Shown here piece after piece: positions 52,372-61,753 of a stretch of DNA of 64,000 nt (its first letter is position 1; the number at the start of each line of letters is the position of its first letter). A program made the position numbers and the translations under genes. The stretch lies in assembly GCA_902788485.1 (NCBI GenBank), contig CADAKI010000001.1, positions 183,007 through 247,006 of the forward strand, read 5' to 3'. The DNA is from an uncultured Pseudomonadota bacterium. Its GTDB lineage: Bacteria; Pseudomonadota; Alphaproteobacteria; Rs-D84. The notes beneath the pieces were generated by a model. That model saw nothing but the letters and a program-made list of their open reading frames with translations. It was not told the origin of the DNA and made no database searches.

Positions 52372-52394
52372 TTTATGTTATAAATGGATATGCT

Positions 52395-52907
52395 ATGAAA
52401 ATAAAATGTGATTTTTGTAAAACAGAATATACAATCGCTAAAATTCCGGCAACCCCGGTTCAGTGCGCGATTTGTGGTCATACATGGATGGTTAAAACCG
52501 AAAACCGCAAGAACCAATTTTTTGTGATTTTGGCGGCATTGTGTGCATTACTGTCGGCGATAATATTTTCGATTGTTGTTGTGACGCATTATCGAAAAAA
52601 TCCGGATTCCACCTCGCCATTGGTGGCAAACATTGTCAAAACAGAATTGGCGCCCGACGGAAACGGTGTGTCACATTTCATCGTGTCTGGAATAATCGAG
52701 AATCGGTCGGATGAAATATATGGTGCGCCGAATTTGATAATTGAAACATTTGATGAAAATGGCAAACCAATAAATACGCCTGAAACATTTAATCCGCCGG
52801 TCACATTGTTGGATGCGGGTGCGCGTGCGGCATTTGTTTACACTTTGCGTGCGCCGTCGGTCGGTGTCAAAAAGATAAATGTAATCCTGGGGGAATTTGA
52901 AAAATGA
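52395..52907 (+). CDS. Zinc-ribbon/TM/DUF3426 protein (ZitP-like)
   Basis: CDFC..Y...VQCAICGHTW, then a TM helix, then VSGIIENRS....PNL....DENG. Confidence 0.78.
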   Translation: MKIKCDFCKTEYTIAKIPATPVQCAICGHTWMVKTENRKNQFFVILAALCALLSAIIFSIVVVTHYRKNPDSTSPLVANIVKTELAPDGNGVSHFIVSGIIENRSDEIYGAPNLIIETFDENGKPINTPETFNPPVTLLDAGARAAFVYTLRAPSVGVKKINVILGEFEK

Positions 52908-53377
52908 AAAAATTGATTGCGATTTTATCTGTTTTATTTTGTGGTGCGGCATTTGGCGCAGACGACACAACCCAACCATTACCCGGCCCACGGGTGAGTT
53001 TGTTTTCCACAACTGTCGATTGGGCGGGGGTGACAGGACTGTCATTATCGCAATACACCGGACATTTTTCCGGCGCCCCACGGAAATTATTAAAAAATGG
53101 ATTGATTTTGTATTACCTGGACGCGTTTCCCTGTTATGGCGAGGCGGACTCGGTTCGTGTCTGGATATCGCCCACGGGCGAAATGTCGGGACATTTGCGT
53201 TTGGTATGTATTGCGGCGCCAAAAACAATTTCGTTTGCGTATCGCAATGCGCCCGCCGATGCAATGCAAAATGAAACAACCGGTTTATTGACATGCCCGG
53301 CAACCGGCGATTATGATTTTAATATCGATTTAACAAAATGTACGGTTGGGCCCGATTGGTCAAAATATGGGAAATAA
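52904..53377 (+). CDS. Exported hypothetical protein
   Basis: Signal peptide MKKLIAILSVLFCGAAFG; 4-bp overlap with the upstream gene. Confidence 0.7.
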   Translation: MKKLIAILSVLFCGAAFGADDTTQPLPGPRVSLFSTTVDWAGVTGLSLSQYTGHFSGAPRKLLKNGLILYYLDAFPCYGEADSVRVWISPTGEMSGHLRLVCIAAPKTISFAYRNAPADAMQNETTGLLTCPATGDYDFNIDLTKCTVGPDWSKYGK

Positions 53378-53379
53378 AT

Positions 53380-54333
53380 ATGCAAATGGAATTTACGGTT
53401 TTGGACACGGATGCAGGTACCCGATTAGATAAATTTTTATGTTCAAAAATGCCTGAATTTTCACGCAGTGAAATACAACGGTTTTCCGTTTCGCGGGGTG
53501 GGGCGGCGGTCAAATTTTCGGACCGTGTTCGTGCGGGTGAAATGTATGTTGTTGTGACGCCTGACACGCCGTCGGATGCGCCCGCCATGGCGAATATATC
53601 AACCGATTTTGATTTGGATATTTTATACCAAGACGACGATATCATCGTGATAAACAAACCGCGTGGCGTGGTTATGTATCCGTCGGCGGGGAATAAAACC
53701 GGCACATTGGTTCAAAATTTATTGGCATATACAAAATTGGCGTCATTGGGTGGCGATATTCGTCCCGGCGTTGTTCATCGTTTGGACAAGGATACATCCG
53801 GGGTCATGATTTTTGCGAAATCTGATGCGGCATATCGCGAATTGGTTAAAACATTTTCTGCGCACGATTTAACCCGTAAATACGATGCGTTTGTTTGGGG
53901 TGTGCCAAATTGGACCGGTGCAACCATTACGGGCAACATCGCGCGTTCATCCCGCAACAGACAAAAAATGACAATGGTAAAAACGGGCGGCAAACCCGCC
54001 GAAACCGTTGTCGATGTGGTTGATGCATGGCCGCGTGTGGGTGTGTCGCAATTCAAATGCACATTGTTGACGGGGCGCACACATCAAATCCGTGTTCATT
54101 TATCGGCGCACGGATTCCCGGTCTTGTGTGACCCAACATACGGCCGCGGCGCCGCGCGCCTGGGATCGGTCAAGAATCACGAATTACTGGAATTTTTGAA
54201 ATCACACACCGGTCAAATGTTGCACGCGTCATATTTGTCATTAAAACATCCCATAACCGGAAAGCAGATGACTTTCAAGGCACCATTGCCCGCCGACATG
54301 ATGGAATTGCGCGACATCCTGGAAAATTCTTAA
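53380..54333 (+). CDS. rluD: 23S rRNA pseudouridine synthase RluD family
   Basis: RLDKFL, RPGVVHRLDKDTSG and TGRTHQIRVH motifs. Confidence 0.9.
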   Translation: MQMEFTVLDTDAGTRLDKFLCSKMPEFSRSEIQRFSVSRGGAAVKFSDRVRAGEMYVVVTPDTPSDAPAMANISTDFDLDILYQDDDIIVINKPRGVVMYPSAGNKTGTLVQNLLAYTKLASLGGDIRPGVVHRLDKDTSGVMIFAKSDAAYRELVKTFSAHDLTRKYDAFVWGVPNWTGATITGNIARSSRNRQKMTMVKTGGKPAETVVDVVDAWPRVGVSQFKCTLLTGRTHQIRVHLSAHGFPVLCDPTYGRGAARLGSVKNHELLEFLKSHTGQMLHASYLSLKHPITGKQMTFKAPLPADMMELRDILENS

Positions 54334-54359
54334 AACCACCAACCGCCCGTTCTCGGATG

Positions 54360-54418
54360 TCCCCTTCTTTCTCAAAGAAGGGGTGGATTGTGAGTGAAAC
54401 GAACAAGACGGGGTAATT
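54360..54418 (+). repeat. REP-like palindromic element, family A
   Basis: TCCCCTTCTTTCTCAAAGAAGGGGTGG...GACGGGGTAATT. Confidence 0.78.
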
Positions 54419-54495
54419 TGTTATTTACCCGAACTTTGCACTTTATTTTTATTCCAAAGTATGATAAAATAAATCGTAAATATAGGAGTTAGGAG

Positions 54496-57400
54496 ATGCG
54501 TTTTTTCAAAAATTCGGTCAGTTTTATCGCAATAATGTGCGTCTGTTCCGCGGCGGCCGCGGCGGTTGTCGCATCCAGCAGCAGTCGCGTCGGTGTGGTA
54601 TCTGCGGCATCGCGTCGTTTGCCATCGCTGTCTAATATTGCGAAAACATCCGGGACAACAACCACGTCGTCAACCACGACATCGTCAACGGGTACGGGAC
54701 TGATATCGGATACGGACTGTATTGATGATTATCGCGCATGTATGAAAGGCGAAAACGCGTGCGGTTCTGATTTTGAAGAATGCACAACAAATGTTTTGTT
54801 CCATGGACACATGGGCGAATGTTTTTCAACATTGTATCAATGTTCGCCGGCGGCAATAAATCGTCTGTTCGGGACCAGTAATCTGGACGCGTTGTCAAAC
54901 ATTGCAAACTATGTTGCCGACACAAATAATGCTGAGGTTGCACGCTATACATACCCAACCGACGGTTCGGTTATGGGCGTTGATATTATCGGTGCGGCAA
55001 CCCGCAACAAATTAAATACATCTGATTGCGTAAAAAAATATAAACGTTGCTTGAACAAAGATAATGTCTGTGGCGAGGATTTTGAATTATGCACATCTGA
55101 TACCGAATTCAAGAAACAGGCGGCAATGTGCGATTCAACCCTAGCGCGTTGCCAAAAGGAGGGTTTCCAACAATTATTCGGTGAAAAGGTCACAACCAAA
55201 CCGTCAAACAAACGTCTGTCAAATTACGCCGGCGGCGATATTGAACAATGGGTTGCTGATGGTGCGGCATTGGCGGCGGCAAACGCGGTCAACACATGTT
55301 ATAAAGTGGTCGATAACTGCTTTGCAAATGCATGTGCCAAAAACCCGTACAGTTGCGTCGAAGATGTTGATTGGTCTGTCGTAAATGCGGCACAATCCGT
55401 TGGTTCGGCGGATGTCAACGCGGTTGTTGGTAATTATGCGGATGCAAACGGAAATATTCAAACCGGTCGTCAAATGGCAACCGATGTCCGCAAATTCTTC
55501 CGTGCGGCATGTACCGACACAATCGGTTCAAATCAATATTGCTATATGACATTTAACGACGGCAAAAAACCAAGCAAAACCGATTTACAAGACGAAGATA
55601 TCCGCGAAGATATCTTTGGCGAGGCATACGCGTCCCGTAAAACAATCTTGACAACGAAAGTCAACGAATTGGTGAAAAATTTTGATACAACCGCGCGCAA
55701 TAAATGTATCGAAACATTTAAATCTTGTGCAAAACAATCGTGTGGCGGTGGTTCGGGTGCGGCATGTTATTCACGCGCGTTTCGTGGCACGGCCGGTCAA
55801 AATTCTATAAACAACGATGTTGTCTATTCTGATATTGAAAACGGATGTGCGGCGATTGTGAACACCGATGCAAATTGTCGTTTCATGGCGGCGATGCAGG
55901 GGGCTGACACATATTCATATCAAATGGGCGGCAATGCGGCGGGCGATATCGATACATTTGCGACATTGTTCCCGAAATACACATCTGGTAATGCGGATTC
56001 GACAATCGTTGCGGCGTTGAACGCGGATTTGTCCACGGCATATAATGATGTTGCAATTGAAAATATGAAAAAGCAATGCAGCAATGTTGTATCGAACTGT
56101 GTGAAATCTATGTGCGGCACCGATTATCAAAATTGCTATCGCAATCGTAATGATATCCGTGTTGCAACATATTCAACCGAAAGTGATTCTTTCAACCGTT
56201 CCATGAACAAGGTTGGTGGTGTTTTGGATTACACCATTGTCCAAGGTTTGTGCATGTCAACGGTTAAATCTGCGGACGCATGTGCCGAAAGTTTGGCAAT
56301 CGCAAAAGTGGGATTGACTGATGGCGCCGCCGATGTGACGGCGGGGTGGGGGTCGGATGTCACAACGGTTGGCAACGCATGGCGCAATTCTGGTCAAAAC
56401 TATGGATATGGCACAACGCACGAGGCATTGGTCCAAGAAGTTGATGCTAACGGTAAAAAAATCTGCACATGTACAAATGGTGGCAAAGATGTTTGCGGAT
56501 ACGAAGATGGTGGTAATACCGATTGTCAAACCGCATCCATGATTGAACGCGATATTCAATTATCAACCGCGGCGGCAACATCATTGTTCCAAACGGTCTT
56601 GGCCGAAATTGAATTAGAGGCCCAGGCGAAATATAACGCCAAATTGACGCACGAACAAAATGTGTGTTTGGCGCAAAATTCGGCGGCAAATCCGGATGCA
56701 TCATTTGTTTGGGCAAAATTAAAGAATAATGCAAAACGTGTTGCGTCTGATTATGCGACAAACGGTTTGGGCGATAACGGTTCGGTGCCCAGTAACGATT
56801 TGTATAATTCGTTCTGCCGTGTCAAGGTGACAATCCAATCCGAGGATAAAAATATCCAGGCGGAAATGAAAAATATTCCAAACGCATATTTTGCGGTGGG
56901 TGATCCATTCACATGCGGTGCATGGATTTCGGGCGCCAAATTGGATGAAATTTCTGAAAATGTTGCAAAGACAAAAACCGGCACAGACAAAGACGGTTCT
57001 TTGACATCGGGTCAAAAATGGGGTGCATGGGGTATAACCGCCCTGACGGCAATCGCCGGTGGTGTTGGCACAGACCTGTTGCAATCTAAAACCGGTTTGG
57101 GTGGCTTGCTGGGCACCAGCAAAGACAATGCCAAAACCAAATTGGATAAACGGATAGAACTGTGTGAAACACAAGCAAAAAACGTTCAGAATGCAACCAA
57201 GAAGTTCACGGGTGCTAATGCCACAACATGGACCACATATGACAGAAACGCCCTGAACAGTGCGATAAAATTTTTGAATGCCACTTATAAAGGTCTTGTA
57301 TCTGATTTAGACATAAATAATGGTCCAACCACAATCAGTGAAATTTCGTCCGGTGATTGGGTTGCCAAAGGTGAAAATAACCAGACAGCAAGCACAGATA

Positions 57401-57729
57401 AAAGCACTGAGGCTACCACAATCTCTACAACTGCTGGTAAAATCTCTGTGGCGTGTCAAAATATGAAAAATGAAAGCGGTTATAAAAATTATACCGAAAC
57501 AAAAAGCAATGCTGGTCGTTTAATCGCAGATGGTGTCGGTGCGGCGGTCTTGGGCACGGCGGGTGGTATCACCACGGCGCAAATTATGAAGGCCAACAAC
57601 CGTTCTGACTTCACGGCGGCACAACAAGAATGGATGGATGAAATCGGTAAAAAAATCCATTGCTATGTTGGTGGGCAATTGGTTGGTGACTTTGGCGACA
57701 TCGTCAGCGTCGACATCAGCGAAGAATAA
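54496..57729 (+). CDS. Large exported Cys-rich protein with glycine-rich hydrophobic C-terminal segments
   Basis: Signal peptide, T/S linker, about 42 Cys in repeated C-x6-C units, and two Gly/Ala-rich hydrophobic helices near the C-terminus. Confidence 0.85.
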   Translation: MRFFKNSVSFIAIMCVCSAAAAAVVASSSSRVGVVSAASRRLPSLSNIAKTSGTTTTSSTTTSSTGTGLISDTDCIDDYRACMKGENACGSDFEECTTNVLFHGHMGECFSTLYQCSPAAINRLFGTSNLDALSNIANYVADTNNAEVARYTYPTDGSVMGVDIIGAATRNKLNTSDCVKKYKRCLNKDNVCGEDFELCTSDTEFKKQAAMCDSTLARCQKEGFQQLFGEKVTTKPSNKRLSNYAGGDIEQWVADGAALAAANAVNTCYKVVDNCFANACAKNPYSCVEDVDWSVVNAAQSVGSADVNAVVGNYADANGNIQTGRQMATDVRKFFRAACTDTIGSNQYCYMTFNDGKKPSKTDLQDEDIREDIFGEAYASRKTILTTKVNELVKNFDTTARNKCIETFKSCAKQSCGGGSGAACYSRAFRGTAGQNSINNDVVYSDIENGCAAIVNTDANCRFMAAMQGADTYSYQMGGNAAGDIDTFATLFPKYTSGNADSTIVAALNADLSTAYNDVAIENMKKQCSNVVSNCVKSMCGTDYQNCYRNRNDIRVATYSTESDSFNRSMNKVGGVLDYTIVQGLCMSTVKSADACAESLAIAKVGLTDGAADVTAGWGSDVTTVGNAWRNSGQNYGYGTTHEALVQEVDANGKKICTCTNGGKDVCGYEDGGNTDCQTASMIERDIQLSTAAATSLFQTVLAEIELEAQAKYNAKLTHEQNVCLAQNSAANPDASFVWAKLKNNAKRVASDYATNGLGDNGSVPSNDLYNSFCRVKVTIQSEDKNIQAEMKNIPNAYFAVGDPFTCGAWISGAKLDEISENVAKTKTGTDKDGSLTSGQKWGAWGITALTAIAGGVGTDLLQSKTGLGGLLGTSKDNAKTKLDKRIELCETQAKNVQNATKKFTGANATTWTTYDRNALNSAIKFLNATYKGLVSDLDINNGPTTISEISSGDWVAKGENNQTASTDKSTEATTISTTAGKISVACQNMKNESGYKNYTETKSNAGRLIADGVGAAVLGTAGGITTAQIMKANNRSDFTAAQQEWMDEIGKKIHCYVGGQLVGDFGDIVSVDISEE

Positions 57730-57771
57730 AATGTCGGAAAGACATGTTTAACAAAAACCGCCAATTGGCGG

Positions 57772-57960
57772 TTTTTGTCATTGCGAGCGAGCAAGTCCAA
57801 TTTGGCGGAACGCCAAAGCCGGACGCGCGAGACGTGGCAATCCAGTTTTATTAGAGTGTCTGCCGTTGGCAGACGGCTTTTTTATTTACTGGATCCTTTC
57901 GACTGCGCAAAACTGCGAATGCGCGACATCGCAGTTTTACTCCGCTTAGGATGACAAAAA
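57772..57960. repeat. MITE/RPE-like palindromic element with terminal inverted repeats
   Basis: TTTTTGTCAT...ATGACAAAAA ends; internal GTGGCAATCCAG...CTGGAT; three nested hairpins. Confidence 0.65.
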
Positions 57961-57998
57961 CGCAGTTGCGTTTTTGTTCCCGGCGGGTTTGCCCGCCG

Positions 57999-58303
57999 TC
58001 TCCTTCTTTATGAAAGAAGGAGTACCCTGCGCCAGCAGGGGGAGGTAATTGTGATTTAAAACCTTTTTATGGCGATTTCGTTTCACTACATCGCCCGGCA
58101 CAATTACCCCGTCGCCTCCGGCGCCACCCCTTCTTTCATAAAGAAGGGGACGGTGCGCCGCACTGCACGCCGCACCGTAGCATTGTTCGTTGTTTAGAAA
58201 ACAAGCTTTAGTGTTATCGGCGAAGGCGGGCAAACCATCGCGCCAGCACAAAAAGAAGGGGTGGCACAAAACCGCAACGCGGTTGAGTGACGGGGCAGTT
58301 CAA
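57999..58303. repeat. Cluster of three family-A REP-like elements
   Basis: 57999-58050 (+) and 58102-58150 (-) form an inverted doublet; 58240-58303 (+) is a left-truncated copy. Confidence 0.78.
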
Positions 58304-58372
58304 TAATTTCTTGCAATTCGCAAAATACAATGTATAATTTTTGGGCTTATATCAAAACAAAGGGTAAAAATT

Positions 58373-58585
58373 ATGAAACAAGGAATTCATCCGGAATATC
58401 ACAAAATCAACGTCACAATGACAAATGGTCAAACCGTTGAAATGTATTCTTCTGTGAAAAAAGATTTGGTTTTATCAACCGATAATTTGAATCATCCGGC
58501 GTGGACGGGTCAACGCAATAACAACGACACCAAGGGTCAACGTGCCGCCGATTTCAAAAGCAAATTTGCTGGGTTCAAATTTTAA
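58373..58585 (+). CDS. rpmE: 50S ribosomal protein L31
   Basis: MKQGIHPEYH, HPAWTG and F..KF motifs. Confidence 0.96.
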   Translation: MKQGIHPEYHKINVTMTNGQTVEMYSSVKKDLVLSTDNLNHPAWTGQRNNNDTKGQRAADFKSKFAGFKF

Positions 58586-58611
58586 TAATATCTTTGTGAT
58601 TGGGGGGCAAA

Positions 58612-59316
58612 ATGGACTTGACTATCAAAGGTTCGACCGAATTAAATAAAATGTTTGCGGCACTGGATAAAACCGCGTCTGCCCTCCGTCACGATTTTGG
58701 CGAGGTTGAAAACCTGCAACAATCGTTGCATGGCGCGCGTGATTTTGTGGCGCGTGCGGCCGCCCGTGTCGAAGAAAGTATTTTGTCTGATTTACAGTTG
58801 GTGCGCCCAATGGCGGGTTTGTTGACGCCAAATGTGACGCATGCGGGTGATTCCCGTGACGAATTTGTTTTGGCGATGTCGGGTGCGGCAAATTTTGTTC
58901 GTGCGAACCCGAATTTCGCGATATCTTTGGCGTTGCGGTCGAACGGTGAAACAAAGATTGCGTTGGTTTATGCCCCAATGTTGGATAAATTATATTATGC
59001 TGAATCTGGTAATGGTGCATATATGTTTTCGGCATTTCATTCGGTAAAAATTCGTGTGTCACAAATTTCAGACCCCGCTGATTTGATGATTGCGTATAAT
59101 ACTGACGACAATTCGAAAAAAATTGGCGATGTGCGTGTGTCGGGTTGCCCGGCGTTGGATTTGTGCGGCGTCGCATCGGGCAAGTTAGACGCGTTTGTGT
59201 CACGCCCATTGGATTTTGCCGAAATTGCCGCCGGCGATTTAATATTGCGCGAGGCCGGGGGAAAAATCACGTCCAACGTTGAAATAATTGCCACCAATGG
59301 TCATATCGAATTATAA
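58612..59316 (+). CDS. suhB: SuhB/inositol monophosphatase-family protein with degenerate catalytic motifs
   Basis: LRHDFGEVENLQ (alphaproteobacterial SuhB N-terminus), SGCPALDLCGVASGKLDAF and IAAGDLILREAGG. Confidence 0.8.
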   Translation: MDLTIKGSTELNKMFAALDKTASALRHDFGEVENLQQSLHGARDFVARAAARVEESILSDLQLVRPMAGLLTPNVTHAGDSRDEFVLAMSGAANFVRANPNFAISLALRSNGETKIALVYAPMLDKLYYAESGNGAYMFSAFHSVKIRVSQISDPADLMIAYNTDDNSKKIGDVRVSGCPALDLCGVASGKLDAFVSRPLDFAEIAAGDLILREAGGKITSNVEIIATNGHIEL

Positions 59317-59424
59317 AAAAAACCGCCATCGGCGGTTTTTTCAGTGTTCAGAGTGCAGAGTTCATCCGTCTCTGCTGTCGCAGAGCCGCGACTGTGGTTG
59401 ATGAATAATTATTATTCTAGACAT

Positions 59425-59504
59425 TCCCCGTCTTTTCTGTGCGCCAGCACAAAAAGAAGGGGTGGCGCGAAACCGCAACGCGGTTGAGTGACGGGGCAGT
59501 TCAA
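59425..59504 (+). repeat. REP-like palindromic element, family A
   Basis: Its last 64 bp match 58240-58303 with two mismatches. Confidence 0.8.
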
Positions 59505-59619
59505 ATCATTATTCATTTATTGCACTTTGAACTCTGAACTTTGCACTTTGTAATTCCGCCCCATCCCGGGGGCGGAATTATAAATTGCAAATTGCAAAAT
59601 CATATCGTATAATATATTC

Positions 59620-61695
59620 ATGCGTTTCAAAAAAATTTTTAAGATTTTCATTAACATAGTATTTTGGTGCATAACCGCCGGAATTGCGGCATTGGCGGCA
59701 TTGATTTTCATTTATGGAAACGATTTGCCTGATTATAAAAAATTGGCGACATACGCACCGCCGGTTGCAACGCGCCTGTATGCGGCGGACGGTTCGCTGT
59801 TGATAGAATACGCCGAAGAACGCCGTGTATTTATTGATTTTGACGATATGCCGCCACAATTAGTGAACGCATTTATTGCCGCCGAAGACCAAAATTTCTG
59901 GACGCACCCCGGTATTGATGTCCAGGGTATTTTGCGTGCGGCATCAAATAACCTGATGCGGGCGATGGGGTTTGATGCTAAATTTTCTGGGGCATCAACC
60001 ATTACGCAACAGGTTGCAAAAAATTTCTTTTTGACATCGGACCGCACCATTTCACGCAAAGTCAAAGAGGCAATTTTGGCATTGCGCCTGGAACGGTCAT
60101 TTTCAAAAAAACACATTATGACATTATATTTAAATCAGATATTCCTTGGTGCGCGGGCGTATGGTGTGGGTTCGGCGTCATTGATGTATTTTAATAAACC
60201 GGTCCAAGATTTAACGCTGGCCGAATGTGCGTTTTTGGCGTCCCTGCCCAAGGCACCAAACAATCGTGATGCCGCGATTGAACGTCGCAACTATGTTTTG
60301 CGCCGTATGGTGGACGAGGGATTTATTACCCAAGACGCGGCCGATGCCGCCGCCGCCGAAGGTTTAAACATAAACAGTGGTTTTACCGCCCAAATGGAAG
60401 ATACTTTCCAATACTTTGCCGAAGAGGTTCGTCGTCAATTACTGGATGCCATCGGTCGCGAAGAATTGTATAACAACGGTCTGTACATCAAAACAACCAT
60501 TGTTCCGGAATTCCAACGCGCGGCGTCCGCTGCATTGAATAAAACATTGGATGCATACAATGCGGGTCGCGGCGGAAACGAAAAACTCCAAGGCGCCATC
60601 ATCGTTATGAATCCATATACCGGACGTGTTTTGGCGATGTCGGGTGGTCGGTCGTTCGCACAAAGTTCGTTTAACCGCGCAACCCAGGCTATGCGCCAGA
60701 TTGGCAGTACGATTAAACCGTTTGTTTACCTGGCGGCATTGGAACGCGGCATGTCACCGGAAACAATTTTACTGGATGCGCCAATCGTCGGATGGAAAGA
60801 CGCATATACTGAATGGAAACCGGAAAATAACGATAAAAAATTCTTGGGCGATGTGCCATTGCGTTTTGCGCTGGAAACATCGCGAAATGTGCCGACGGTG
60901 CGTTTGGTGGAACAAATCGGTGTGCGTGACGCGATTGATGTGGCAAAACGATTTGGGGTGTATCCTGATAATATGAACGATGTGAATTTATCTTTTGCAT
61001 TGGGGTCGGGCGAAACGACATTGCAAAACCTGGTTGCGGGTTATTCGGCATTTGTGAACGGTGGACATGTTATTCGTCCAAAATATGTCGATTATATCCA
61101 GGACCGTTATGGTCGCACAATTTACGGTGGGGACACAAAAATCGAGCAATGGCGTGACGACATGTTGCCGCCGGCGGACGATGATATGGGGGCGGCATTA
61201 TCTGACCCACAGAGTTTATATCAGTTGGTATCGATACTCCAAGGTGCGGTCGAACGCGGTACCGGACGCCAGGCGATGGTTCCCGGTCACACAATCGCGG
61301 GCAAAACCGGCACCACCAACGATGTCAAAGATGCATGGTTCATCGGTTTTTCTAAAAATTTAATTGCGGGTGTATATTTGGGATATGATACCCCGCGTCC
61401 ATTGGGCAAGGGCACCGGTTCATACACCGCCGCACGCGTTTTTTCGGATTTTATGACACCGGCACTGGCGAACCAAAAAAATCAGCCGTTTTCGGTCCCT
61501 GACGGTCTGCATTTTGTGCGTGTGAATCGCGCAACGGGTGTTGCCGCAACCCGCGACCCCAACGGCGTTATTATTACCGAGGCATTTAAACCAAACCAGG
61601 GTCCCAATGTTCCGGTCACGACCGAACCGGTGATAATTAATGCTGATGGCGCGACGGTCACCCAATCTGTGCCAACGGTTGGCGGTGTGTTTTAA
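59620..61695 (+). CDS. mrcA: Class A penicillin-binding protein 1A
   Basis: AEDQNF..H.G.D and GASTITQQVAKN glycosyltransferase motifs; STIK, SRN and KTG transpeptidase motifs. Confidence 0.93.
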   Translation: MRFKKIFKIFINIVFWCITAGIAALAALIFIYGNDLPDYKKLATYAPPVATRLYAADGSLLIEYAEERRVFIDFDDMPPQLVNAFIAAEDQNFWTHPGIDVQGILRAASNNLMRAMGFDAKFSGASTITQQVAKNFFLTSDRTISRKVKEAILALRLERSFSKKHIMTLYLNQIFLGARAYGVGSASLMYFNKPVQDLTLAECAFLASLPKAPNNRDAAIERRNYVLRRMVDEGFITQDAADAAAAEGLNINSGFTAQMEDTFQYFAEEVRRQLLDAIGREELYNNGLYIKTTIVPEFQRAASAALNKTLDAYNAGRGGNEKLQGAIIVMNPYTGRVLAMSGGRSFAQSSFNRATQAMRQIGSTIKPFVYLAALERGMSPETILLDAPIVGWKDAYTEWKPENNDKKFLGDVPLRFALETSRNVPTVRLVEQIGVRDAIDVAKRFGVYPDNMNDVNLSFALGSGETTLQNLVAGYSAFVNGGHVIRPKYVDYIQDRYGRTIYGGDTKIEQWRDDMLPPADDDMGAALSDPQSLYQLVSILQGAVERGTGRQAMVPGHTIAGKTGTTNDVKDAWFIGFSKNLIAGVYLGYDTPRPLGKGTGSYTAARVFSDFMTPALANQKNQPFSVPDGLHFVRVNRATGVAATRDPNGVIITEAFKPNQGPNVPVTTEPVIINADGATVTQSVPTVGGVF

Positions 61696-61753
61696 TTTTT
61701 GTTTGAATTCGATTTGTATTGCGGTTATTTTGTGGTAAAATGTCAGTATAACA

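Noticed and set aside
57730-58310. Possible CRISPR array in the repeat-rich spacer
   Set aside because: Repeats vary in length and orientation, there are no regular unique spacers, and no cas genes are present.
58373-58585. Cys-free L31 as a zinc-starvation paralog
   Set aside because: The Cys-free form is the normal L31 in alphaproteobacteria.
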